A DNA stretch of 64,000 bases, from positions 21,128 through 85,127 of the forward strand of contig DHEH01000015.1 of NCBI GenBank assembly GCA_002399785.1. Reading direction: 5' to 3'. Positions 36,115 to 45,075 of this stretch are shown here, piece by piece (position 1 is the first letter of the stretch; each line of letters opens with the position of its first letter). The notes below the pieces were generated by a model. That model saw only the letters and a list, made by a program, of their open reading frames with translations. It ran no database searches and was not told where the DNA came from. Position numbers and translations under genes: made by a program. The stretch comes from Bacillales bacterium UBA4855. Its GTDB lineage: Bacteria > Bacillota_I > Bacilli_A > RFN20 > CAG-826.

Positions 36115-36836
36115 TAAATATCTTCCTCGATAAATCGTTCAAATTCTTCTTTACTAACTTTTCCTTCTTTCATCATTTTTTTAATTGCTTTATTAACAGG
36201 ATTTGGAAGATGAGGATTATTAGCTAGAACTTGTTTATATACTTCTTTTAATATTGATTGTTTAGTAGTGGTAGCATCGAAAAGTAACATTAAATTTTTA
36301 GCATCTGTTTCTGGATTATGAGCATCAGCGAGTGGAGTAACTTGAAAGATTTTTAAAGCATCCAATAAACTTAATTGTTCATTTTTGTTGCTGCGAATGT
36401 AATATTGTAAAATGTTAGCGAAATCAATATGATTTTTGTAAATTGTTTTAATAAATGGAGTTTCACCTTCTAGAGAATTAGCAACACTTTGATGAAGTAA
36501 ACGCATATCGAAATTTCCATAAGATAAATATTTAATGCGGTTGGTAGTTTTTCCAACATATTTTTCAAATTTAGCGATTCCCTGTTCAAAAGAAACACCG
36601 TTTTCTTTTAAATAATCATCGGTAATACCGGTTAATTTAACGACTATTTTACCAACTTCTCCTGAAGCTTTAGTAAAAACCTTAAAAGAATTGTATTTTT
36701 TACAAATTTTATTTTTATTATCTAATTCAACTTTGATGGCTCCAATAGCAATTATTTCTTGCGTATATTGGGTACCTTCAAAATCAACAAAGACAATGGT
36801 TTTAAAATCGTTTAAAGCTTGATTCAATAATTTCAC
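36114..36836 (-). CDS. DEDDh-family 3'-5' exonuclease (DnaQ/KapD-like)
   Basis: ExoI VDFEGT, and ExoIII HNPETDAKN (H-x4-D). Confidence 0.7.
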   Translation of the reverse strand: MKLLNQALNDFKTIVFVDFEGTQYTQEIIAIGAIKVELDNKNKICKKYNSFKVFTKASGEVGKIVVKLTGITDDYLKENGVSFEQGIAKFEKYVGKTTNRIKYLSYGNFDMRLLHQSVANSLEGETPFIKTIYKNHIDFANILQYYIRSNKNEQLSLLDALKIFQVTPLADAHNPETDAKNLMLLFDATTTKQSILKEVYKQVLANNPHLPNPVNKAIKKMMKEGKVSKEEFERFIEEDI

Positions 36837-36941
36837 GACTTTATTTTAAACTAAAATCGGTTTACATTAAACCAATGTTTTAATGTTTCATTGAATTATT
36901 TAGCTGCTTTTAATATAATTAAAAGCACTAGGAAAGAGGTT

Positions 36942-37310
36942 ATGAAACTATATTTAAATCAATTCGATATTTTGAATAAAAAGTTTAAAAAAGGCGTCAA
37001 AGGCTATGATTCTGATGAAGTTGACGATTTTTTAGATAAGGTCTTAAGAGATTATCGCAATTTTGACACCGTTTGTGAAGAGTACGATAAACAAATTATT
37101 TCTTTAAAACGCGAAAATGAAACTACAAAAGCCGAAGTTCGCGAATTAAATAACGAATTATCCATTCAAAAATCTAAAAATATAGCCGCTAAAAATTTAA
37201 GTCATGATGATAGCAATATTTATCTTGACCCAATTGATTTACTTGAAAGATGTAGTAAATACGAAAAAAGGCTATATGATTTAGGCGTTGATCCTAGTAA
37301 AATTAAGTAG
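36942..37310 (+). CDS. gpsB: Cell-cycle adaptor protein GpsB (DivIVA-domain)
   Basis: FKKGVKGYDSDEVDDFLDKVLRDYRNF matches the GpsB/DivIVA N-domain. The C-terminal PIDLLERCSKYEKRLYDLG resembles the GpsB C-domain. The ATG at 36942 follows GGAAAGAGG. Confidence 0.8.
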   Translation: MKLYLNQFDILNKKFKKGVKGYDSDEVDDFLDKVLRDYRNFDTVCEEYDKQIISLKRENETTKAEVRELNNELSIQKSKNIAAKNLSHDDSNIYLDPIDLLERCSKYEKRLYDLGVDPSKIK

Positions 37311-37652
37311 TTTTCAGTCTATACAATCGCTGGTTAGCAATAACTAGAGGAAAGTCCATGCTCGCACATCCTGTGATGGATGTAGTGATTATGCTAGTCT
37401 AAAAAATAAGGCTAGGTACTTGGGAGCAAGTAACGGCGAGTTTATCCTAAAAGGCAACTCATGGAAAAGACTCATAAAGTGCCACAGTGACGAATCTATT
37501 AGAAATAGTAGAGTGAAACGTTGGTAAACCCCATAAGCGAGAAACCCAAATTTGGTAGGGGAAATGGTTGAGAGAAATTGAACTTGATACCGTAAGAGAA
37601 ATCTTAGATAAATGGTTGTATATAACAGAACATGGCTTATGGACTGAATACT
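37311..37652 (+). ncRNA. rnpB: RNase P RNA, type B (Bacillus-type)
   Basis: Conserved blocks seen: GAGGAAAGTCCATGCTCGCAC, AAAGTGCCACAGTGACGAA, GGTAAACCCCATAAGCGAGAAACCCAAATTTGGTAGGGG and ACAGAACATGGCTTA. P1 pairs TTTCAGTC (5') with GGACTGAA (3'). The ends are good to within a few nt. Confidence 0.9.
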
Positions 37653-37668
37653 CAATAAAGGAGAAAAG

Positions 37669-38355
37669 ATGGAGCAAAAAGCTAAATTAAAGGTTAATTT
37701 ACCTACAAAAATTACTATTTCACGCATTATTGTTGCTTTTTTATTAATTGTTACCATTGTCGTTTTATATATAGTTGATCAATTTAATCCATTTATTATA
37801 AATTTTAATATTGAACTCAATAATAATGGAGCAACTATTAACTGGTTGATGATTATTTTATTTGTGGTTTTTCTTATTGCTAGTTTTACAGATTTTTTAG
37901 ACGGATATTTAGCGAGAAAAAATAACCAAGTTACTGATTTAGGGAAATTTTTAGATCCAATAGCCGATAAAATGCTCATCAATGGTATGATGATTTTCTT
38001 AGCTTTAAATTTTTCATCGCTTGGAGAAAGCTTAAAATTTCCATTCTTTTGTGTAATTATTATGGAAATTCGTGATTTAATTGTTGATGGTCTTAGATTT
38101 ATGGCTGCTACAAAACATACGGTAATTGCTGCTAATATTTTTGGAAAACTTAAAACTGTTTTGCAAATGGTTGCTATTTCTTTTGTATTTATTAACGGAT
38201 GGCCATTTTCATATTTTGACGCAACCTGGATGCCATATTTACATATAACCGATTTTATTTGTTATGCCGCAACAATAGTCAGTGTTTTAAGTGGTGCTAT
38301 TTATTTAATACAAAATAAATCTGTATTTTTAGGCCAAAATAATGACTCAAAATGA
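37669..38355 (+). CDS. pgsA: CDP-diacylglycerol--glycerol-3-phosphate 3-phosphatidyltransferase
   Basis: CDP-alcohol phosphatidyltransferase motif DFLDGYLARKNNQVTDLGKFLDPIADK, and an AAAGGAG RBS. Confidence 0.9.
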   Translation: MEQKAKLKVNLPTKITISRIIVAFLLIVTIVVLYIVDQFNPFIINFNIELNNNGATINWLMIILFVVFLIASFTDFLDGYLARKNNQVTDLGKFLDPIADKMLINGMMIFLALNFSSLGESLKFPFFCVIIMEIRDLIVDGLRFMAATKHTVIAANIFGKLKTVLQMVAISFVFINGWPFSYFDATWMPYLHITDFICYAATIVSVLSGAIYLIQNKSVFLGQNNDSK

Positions 38356-38827
38356 AGAATTAGTTAAAGAACTTACGAAACATAATTTGACAATTGGAAG
38401 CATAGAATCATATACTGGTGGACTTTTTGGTAAAGAAATTACTGATGTTCCTGGAGCAAGTAAAGTTTATAAAGGTGGAATTATAGTTTATACAATCGAA
38501 GAAAAAGTTCGACTTTTAGGTATCGAACCTTCCTTTATTGAAGAAAATGGTGTCGTTTCTCAAGCGGTTGCAAAGGAACTTGCATTAAAAGGAAAAGAAA
38601 GATTAAACACTGATATTGTCGTTTCTTTTACTGGAAATGCAGGACCAACGCGAGATGTGTGTAGTCATGGTAGCGAAGTTGGTGAAGTTTATATAGGAAT
38701 ACTTTTTAAAGATAATTATTATTTTTTAAAAAATATCAATCCTGAATTAAGTAGAAGTGAGATTCGTGAAGAATCAATTCAGATGTCTGTTGAGTTTATT
38801 TTAAATATTTTAAAAAAGTCTTCTTAA
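38342..38827 (+). CDS. cinA: CinA C-terminal-domain protein (nicotinamide-nucleotide amidohydrolase PncC type)
   Basis: [13 protein letters not shown] and FTGNAGP. The pgsA-cinA-recA order matches B. subtilis. The N-terminal MoCF domain is absent. Confidence 0.8.
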   Translation: MTQNEELVKELTKHNLTIGSIESYTGGLFGKEITDVPGASKVYKGGIIVYTIEEKVRLLGIEPSFIEENGVVSQAVAKELALKGKERLNTDIVVSFTGNAGPTRDVCSHGSEVGEVYIGILFKDNYYFLKNINPELSRSEIREESIQMSVEFILNILKKSS

Positions 38828-38871
38828 TTTTTTATGGTTATTGGCATCTTGTATGTATGGAGGAAAAAATC

Positions 38872-39945
38872 ATGGCAAAAAATGAAAAAGAAAATAATGG
38901 ACCTATCGATTTACAAGATGTTTTAACGCAAGTTAGACATGAATTTGGAAAAGGCTCTATTATGCGATTAGGAGATCGTCCTAATTCTGACGTTGGTGTA
39001 ATTAATAGTGGGTCAATACTATTAAATAGAGCGCTAGGTATTGGTGGATATCCAAAAGGAAGGATTATTGAAATCTATGGTCCGGAAAGTAGTGGTAAGA
39101 CAACTTTAGCTCTTACTGCGGTGGCTGAAGTACAAAAAGAAGAGGGAATGGCTGCGTTTATTGATGCTGAAAATTCTATTGACCCTGTTTATGCCGAAGC
39201 TTTAGGTGTTGATATTGATAATTTAATTTTGAGCCAACCAGATTGCGGAGAACAAGCTTTAGAAATTGTTGAAATGCTTGCAAAAAGCGGAGCTTTCCAA
39301 TTAATCGTTGTTGATAGTGTAGCGGCTCTTGTTCCTCAAGCTGAACTTGATGGCGTTATGACCGATCAATCAATTGGCTTACAAGCAAGATTAATGTCAA
39401 AAGGATTAAGAAAAATTACAGGTTTATTGAATAAAAATGGATGTTCTGTTATTTTCATTAATCAATTAAGAGAAAAAATTGGTGTTATTTATGGGCCAAG
39501 CGAGACTACAACTGGTGGTAGAGCTTTAAAATTTTATTCATCGGTTAGAATTGATATTCGACGTGGAGAAGCTATTAAGGAAGGTGTTAATTTAGTCGGT
39601 AATATCGCAAATATTCGTGTTGTGAAGAATAAGGTTGCCTCTCCATTTAAAACTTGTAAAGTCGATATTGTTTATGGAAAAGGCATTTCAAAAGAAGGTG
39701 AATTGCTTGATTTAGCAACTGAACTTGGAATTGTTAAAAAATCTGGATCATGGTATGAAGTTTATGGACAAAGAATTGGCCAAGGACGAGATACTGCAAA
39801 AGAATTTTTACTAAACCATAACGATATTTATAATAAAGTTAAAAAGGAAGTTGTTGATAGCGAAAACAAACTTTTAGAGGAAGCTAAACTAGCAGACTCC
39901 GTTTCTACTAAAGAAGAAGATAAAGTAGTAAGCGAAGATAAATAA
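38872..39945 (+). CDS. recA: Recombinase RecA
   Basis: Motifs seen: [22 protein letters not shown] and [17 protein letters not shown] prefer the ATG at 38872 because the GGAGGA RBS lies inside the longer ORF-track version. Confidence 0.97.
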   Translation: MAKNEKENNGPIDLQDVLTQVRHEFGKGSIMRLGDRPNSDVGVINSGSILLNRALGIGGYPKGRIIEIYGPESSGKTTLALTAVAEVQKEEGMAAFIDAENSIDPVYAEALGVDIDNLILSQPDCGEQALEIVEMLAKSGAFQLIVVDSVAALVPQAELDGVMTDQSIGLQARLMSKGLRKITGLLNKNGCSVIFINQLREKIGVIYGPSETTTGGRALKFYSSVRIDIRRGEAIKEGVNLVGNIANIRVVKNKVASPFKTCKVDIVYGKGISKEGELLDLATELGIVKKSGSWYEVYGQRIGQGRDTAKEFLLNHNDIYNKVKKEVVDSENKLLEEAKLADSVSTKEEDKVVSEDK

Positions 39946-39982
39946 CACTTTATATAAGTTTCTCTTTTCTATATAATAAAAG

Positions 39983-40002
39983 AAGTATCTTACAAGATAC
40001 TT
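39983..40002 (+). terminator. Possible terminator hairpin after recA
   Basis: AAGTATCTT-aca-AGATACTT. The downstream tract is T/A-rich but is not a clean U-run. Confidence 0.4.
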
Positions 40003-40123
40003 GTTATATATTCCAATTTAAGATTTTATTTTCATATAAATATAAATTTATTTCTTATTTTTGCTGTAATAGGGATAATAGGTATCTTTCTAGCTACTTA
40101 ACGTATAGAAAAGGGGATTTATT

Positions 40124-41686
40124 ATGGATTTAACACTTGCAATAGTACTTATAATTGTCTGTGCTTTAGTCGGTATCATCGTTGGTTTTTTGGTTTGTAT
40201 GTTCTTACCTGTTATGAAAGCAAAAAGAGCTCAAACTAATGCTAATAAAATTATTAATGATGCTGAAAATAAAGCAGATCGTATTAAGAAAAATGCACAA
40301 ATTGACGCAAAACAAGACATATTCGAGATGAAAAAAGAAGCCGAAAAAGATATTAAAGAAAGAAAAGAAGAAGTAGTCGTAAGTGAAAACAAATTGAATC
40401 AAAGAGAGCAAACTATCGATGCTCGTGATGCTGCCTTACTTAAAAAGGAGCAATCACTTGAAGATAAAGACAAAAATCTTGATTTCTCAATTCAAGAGAA
40501 TAAAAAAAGAGGCGCTTTACTTCAAGAAAAAATAGATTCAATAATCGTCGAGCTTCAAAAGGTCGCTAACATGAGCGAAAAAGAGGCTCGTGATCAAATT
40601 TTTGCTAAAGTTGAAGAAAAAGAACAAATTAATATCGCTAAATTTTTAAGAGAAAAAGAAGATGAAGCTGAAACTACTGCTAATGATAAAGCTAGAGACA
40701 TTTTAGCAAATGCTTTAGCTCGTCAAGCTCAAGAAGTTACAACCGAAAGAACTGTTAATGTTATTTCACTTCCTAGCGATGAAATGAAAGGTAGAATTAT
40801 TGGACGTGAAGGTCGCAATATCAAATCATTAGAGCAATTATTAGGTGTTGATATTTTGATAGATGACACTCCAGAAGCAATTACAGTTTCTTGTTTTAAT
40901 CCTATTAGAAGAGAAATAGCTAGTCGTACTTTAAACATCTTAATTAAAGACGGAAGAATACAACCTGGTAGAATCGAAGAAGTTATTGCTAAATGTCAAA
41001 AAGAGCTTGATGAATCAATTCGTAAAGCTGGAGAAGATGCTTTACTTAAATTAGGCATTAGTGGCATGAATAAAGAATTAGTAACTTATGTTGGAAGATT
41101 AAAATTCAGAACAAGTTATGGACAAAACCAATTAGATCACTCTGTCGAAACCGCATTTATTTGTGGAACAATGGCTGCCGAACTTGGTCTTGATCAACAA
41201 ATGGCTAAACGCGCTGGTTTATTACATGATATTGGTAAATCTTGTGATTATGAAGTTGAAGGAAGTCACGTTGAAATCGGTGCTAGATTGGCAAGAAAAT
41301 ATGGAGAAAGCGATATTGTTGTTAATTCAATCGCTGCTCACCACAATGATGTTCCTTGTAAATCCGTCATTGCTTATTTAGTGCAATCTGCTGATACATT
41401 AAGTGCTGCTAGACCTGGAGCAAGAAGTGAAACTTTAGAAACATATATAAAACGTATTGAACAACTTGAAACAATCTGCAAAGGTTTTGATGGTGTTCAA
41501 ACATGTTATGCTATGCAATCAGGTAGAGAAGTTCGTGTTATTGTTCTTCCTGAAAAGATTGATGATTTGGGTGCGTTCAATTTAGCTCGACAAATTAGAG
41601 AAAAAATTGAAAGCGATATGAAATATCCAGGACAAATAAAAGTTAACGTTATTCGTGAATATCGTGCTATAGAAACCGCTAAATAA
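40124..41686 (+). CDS. rny: Endoribonuclease Y (RNase Y)
   Basis: An N-terminal TM helix is followed by a coiled-coil, a KH domain (GRIIGREGRNIKSLE) and an HD domain (HSVETA...LLHDIGK). Confidence 0.95.
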   Translation: MDLTLAIVLIIVCALVGIIVGFLVCMFLPVMKAKRAQTNANKIINDAENKADRIKKNAQIDAKQDIFEMKKEAEKDIKERKEEVVVSENKLNQREQTIDARDAALLKKEQSLEDKDKNLDFSIQENKKRGALLQEKIDSIIVELQKVANMSEKEARDQIFAKVEEKEQINIAKFLREKEDEAETTANDKARDILANALARQAQEVTTERTVNVISLPSDEMKGRIIGREGRNIKSLEQLLGVDILIDDTPEAITVSCFNPIRREIASRTLNILIKDGRIQPGRIEEVIAKCQKELDESIRKAGEDALLKLGISGMNKELVTYVGRLKFRTSYGQNQLDHSVETAFICGTMAAELGLDQQMAKRAGLLHDIGKSCDYEVEGSHVEIGARLARKYGESDIVVNSIAAHHNDVPCKSVIAYLVQSADTLSAARPGARSETLETYIKRIEQLETICKGFDGVQTCYAMQSGREVRVIVLPEKIDDLGAFNLARQIREKIESDMKYPGQIKVNVIREYRAIETAK

Positions 41687-42477
41687 TGAATATTTTGTTT
41701 ATTGGTGATATTGTTGGAAAAGTTGGCAGAAAAGCTATTTCTGACAACCTTTCATTTATTAAGCAAAAATATAATATTGATTTTACGATTGCTAATGGCG
41801 AAAACATTACAAATGGCAAAGGAATCAGTAAAAGTCATTATCAATTTTTAATTAATGAAGGTATTGATTGTGTTACTTTAGGCAATCATTATCAATCCAA
41901 AAGTGAATTAAAAAGCTTTATTCCTTATGTTGATGCCTTGATAAGACCTTTTAATTTAAAAGAGGACTTTCCTGGTACTGGCACAAAGGTGTTTGAGATA
42001 AATGAAACAAAAATTCGTGTCACAAATTTACTAGGAACTGCTTTTATGAAAGAAGAAGTAAAAGATCCTTATGATTGTTTGCTTGATATAATTGAAGATG
42101 ATGACAGTGATATACATATTATCGATTTTCATGCAGAAGCTACTGGTGAAAAAAAGGCCTTTGCTTATAGTTTAAAAAATACAGTCGGAGCTGTAATCGG
42201 AACACATACTCATGTTCAAACTAATGATGCACAAATTTTGAATACGGGAGTTGCATATATTAGTGATGTAGGGATGTGTGGATCTTATAATTCAGTTTTA
42301 GGTTGTGAAGTGAATAGTGTTGTTGGCAAGATTATTTTTCATAATGATGATGTTCGTTTTAAATTATTAGATGAAGATGATAGCATTTTTAATGCAGTTG
42401 TTATTAAGTTTGATGATTTGTCGTATAAGCCAATTTCTATTATTCCAATAAACAAAATTAATAAAATGGGTGAATAA
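41686..42477 (+). CDS. ymdB: YmdB-family metallophosphoesterase (2',3'-cyclic-nucleotide 2'-phosphodiesterase)
   Basis: Motifs seen: ILFIGDIVGKVGR, ANGEN, GNH and GTHTHVQTND. The rny-ymdB order is conserved. Confidence 0.9.
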   Translation: MNILFIGDIVGKVGRKAISDNLSFIKQKYNIDFTIANGENITNGKGISKSHYQFLINEGIDCVTLGNHYQSKSELKSFIPYVDALIRPFNLKEDFPGTGTKVFEINETKIRVTNLLGTAFMKEEVKDPYDCLLDIIEDDDSDIHIIDFHAEATGEKKAFAYSLKNTVGAVIGTHTHVQTNDAQILNTGVAYISDVGMCGSYNSVLGCEVNSVVGKIIFHNDDVRFKLLDEDDSIFNAVVIKFDDLSYKPISIIPINKINKMGE

Positions 42478-44206
42478 AATGAGAAAAATAAACTACATTG
42501 ATCTTCCATCTATGGAAGCTGCGAAACGCAGAAACAAGGAAACACCAAAGATTAATTATGATTTTTTGCCAAACGAAGAATTATTGACTCAGTTAAAAGG
42601 GAAAAAATTTTTAATTAGAACTTATGGCTGTCAAGCTAATATTCGTGATGAAGAAATCATGTCTGGTATTTTAATTTCGCTTGGTTTAGTTGCAACAACC
42701 ATTAAACAAGAGGCGGATGTCACTATTCTTAATACATGTGCTGTTAGAGAAAACGCTGAAGATAAAGTTTATGGTGAAATTGGTGAATACAAAGCCATAA
42801 GAGAAAAGAATAAAAATTCTATATTACTTGTTTGTGGTTGTATGGTTGAGCAAAGACATATAATAGATTTTCTTTGTTCTACTTTTCCTCACGTTGATAT
42901 TATGTTTGGAACTCACAACACTCAAGATTTGGGTAAATTACTTTCTTTCTATTTAGCAAATAACGGAAAGGAAAGAATTGTTGATGTTTCTTCTAAATCT
43001 GGTGAAATTTATGAAAACCTTCCTTCCAAAAGACAAAATGATTTTAAATCTTTTGTAAACATCTCATATGGTTGTAATAAATTTTGTACTTACTGCATTG
43101 TTCCTTATACAAGAGGCAAGGAAAGAAGCCGTGATCCTGAAGACATTTTAAAAGAGTGTAAAGAATTAGTTGAAGCAGGATATCAAGAAATTACTTTGTT
43201 AGGTCAAAATGTCGATAGTTATGGAAAAGATAGGAGCGATGGTTATTCTTTTGCAAAACTTCTTGAAGAAGTAGCAAAATTAGGGATACCTCGTTTAAGA
43301 TATTTAACAAGTTATCCTAGTGATTTTAAAGATGATGTTATTGATGTTATTGCAAAATATTCAAACATAATGAAGTTTATTCATTTACCTGTTCAGAGTG
43401 GAAGCAATGAAATTTTGCATTTAATGAATAGACGATATACTTCAGAAGAGTATTTGGAATTGGTTGGCAGAATAAGAGAAAAAATACCTCAAATGGCTTT
43501 TTCTACCGATATCATTGTTGGTTTTCCAAATGAAAATTATGAGCAATTTTTAGAAACTGTAAAATTGGTTGAAGAAGTTGGTTATACAAGTGCCTTTACT
43601 TTCATTTATAGTCCAAGAAAAGGAACTCCTGCTGCCAATATGGTTGATAATGTCACACATGAAGAGAAGATCAAAAGATTCCAACAACTACTTGATACCT
43701 TAGAAATTAGTGTTAAAAAATATGCTGATGAAATGGTTGGTAAAGTTTATGAAGTTCTTGTAGATGGACCTTCAAAAAAGAACCCTGAAGTTTTAAGCGG
43801 AACAACTGAAAATATGAAAACAGTGATTTTTAATGGTGACAAATCATTAATCGGTAAAATTGTAAAAATCAAAATTACTGAAAGTCATGTTTATTCAATG
43901 TATGGAGAACTTGTTAAAAATGAATTTGATTCTTTAATAAACAATCTAAAAAAAGATCTTATTAAAGAGCCTGTTGTTCAGGAATATTTAAGACTTAAGA
44001 ATATTGTTGATAATTCTGAAGAATTACATAGACTTGAAATGGAAATTAAATATATTAAAAAATGCGAAATGAGCGACGAAGAAATTACTGAATATAATAC
44101 TTTACTCAAAAAATATAACGAAAATCCTATTATTGTTAATTATTTATCTGCCCAAAAAGAAATGCATGATTTTTTAAATGAATTGAAGGAAGAATTTGAT
44201 AAATGA
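42470..44206 (+). CDS. miaB: tRNA i6A37 methylthiotransferase MiaB with a 96-aa C-terminal YlbF/YmcA-like extension
   Basis: UPF0004 domain (IRTYGCQAN, NTCAVRE), radical SAM CNKFCTYCIVP, and a TRAM domain ending ...SMYGELV, followed by an extra helical tail. The start is the GTG at 42470 or the ATG at 42479. Confidence 0.9.
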   Translation: MNKMRKINYIDLPSMEAAKRRNKETPKINYDFLPNEELLTQLKGKKFLIRTYGCQANIRDEEIMSGILISLGLVATTIKQEADVTILNTCAVRENAEDKVYGEIGEYKAIREKNKNSILLVCGCMVEQRHIIDFLCSTFPHVDIMFGTHNTQDLGKLLSFYLANNGKERIVDVSSKSGEIYENLPSKRQNDFKSFVNISYGCNKFCTYCIVPYTRGKERSRDPEDILKECKELVEAGYQEITLLGQNVDSYGKDRSDGYSFAKLLEEVAKLGIPRLRYLTSYPSDFKDDVIDVIAKYSNIMKFIHLPVQSGSNEILHLMNRRYTSEEYLELVGRIREKIPQMAFSTDIIVGFPNENYEQFLETVKLVEEVGYTSAFTFIYSPRKGTPAANMVDNVTHEEKIKRFQQLLDTLEISVKKYADEMVGKVYEVLVDGPSKKNPEVLSGTTENMKTVIFNGDKSLIGKIVKIKITESHVYSMYGELVKNEFDSLINNLKKDLIKEPVVQEYLRLKNIVDNSEELHRLEMEIKYIKKCEMSDEEITEYNTLLKKYNENPIIVNYLSAQKEMHDFLNELKEEFDK

Positions 44207-45075
44207 TTTTTTGTGTCTTAGGTCCTACCGCTAGTGGAAAAAGCGATTTAGCTGAAGAAATATCTAATATATTTAATGCAAAAGTAATTAATTTTGACGC
44301 TTTTCAAGTTTATAAAGAGATAAATAAAGGAACTGCAAAACCTAGTAAAGAGTTACTAGATTCTGGAAGATATTTTTTATATGATTTTGTTTCTATTTCA
44401 GATACTTATGACGTTAGCAAATATCAAATCGATGCTAGAAAAATTTTAGGTGAATCAAAGAACAAAAATGTCGTAATGGTTGGTGGCACTGGATTATATT
44501 TAAAAGCCGCTTTATTTGATTATAAATTTTTAGAAGAAGAACAAATGCCCGATAATTTTTGTAGTGATTTATCTAATGATGATTTATACGAAAAATTGTG
44601 TTTAATTGATCCAAAAGATGCTAATTTAATCGGAAATAACAACCGTAAGCGTTTGTTACGTGCTCTTTATATCTACGAAACACATCATAAAACTAAAACG
44701 GAAATTAATAATAACGGAAAGAACACTTTATTATTTAATGATGTGGTATTTATTGGTCTCGATTTAGAAAGAGCCGAATTATATGAAAGAATTGATATTA
44801 GAACCGAAAAAATGATTGAAAACGGTTTAGAAAATGAAGTAAATGATATTCTTGAAACGAACGGTCCTTCTTCAAGGGCTTTACAAGCTATTGGATATAA
44901 AGAATTCTTTTTAGGTCTTAATAAGGATGAAACCGTTGAATTAATTAAAAAGAATACAAAGAATTATGCTAAAAGACAAATGACCTTTTTTAAGCATCAA
45001 TTTAAAGACGTAAAATGGTTTAAAAATATTGATGATGCATTACAATATATAATGGATATTAAAAATGACATATGA
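44203..45075 (+). CDS. miaA: tRNA dimethylallyltransferase MiaA
   Basis: P-loop GPTASGKS, GGTGLY and AKRQMTFF. It overlaps miaB at ATGA. Confidence 0.9.
   Translation: MIFCVLGPTASGKSDLAEEISNIFNAKVINFDAFQVYKEINKGTAKPSKELLDSGRYFLYDFVSISDTYDVSKYQIDARKILGESKNKNVVMVGGTGLYLKAALFDYKFLEEEQMPDNFCSDLSNDDLYEKLCLIDPKDANLIGNNNRKRLLRALYIYETHHKTKTEINNNGKNTLLFNDVVFIGLDLERAELYERIDIRTEKMIENGLENEVNDILETNGPSSRALQAIGYKEFFLGLNKDETVELIKKNTKNYAKRQMTFFKHQFKDVKWFKNIDDALQYIMDIKNDI

Noticed and set aside
36906-36926. Perfect 9-bp inverted repeat GCTTTTAAT-ata-ATTAAAAGC upstream of gpsB
   Set aside because: It is extremely AT-rich and contains a TATAAT-like -10 hexamer. It is most simply the gpsB promoter region, and I have no evidence for an operator or a structured RNA.
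37389-37757. Two minus-strand ORFs (37389..37757 and 37459..37677)
   Set aside because: They lie entirely over the RNase P RNA gene and the pgsA start. The region is explained by rnpB.
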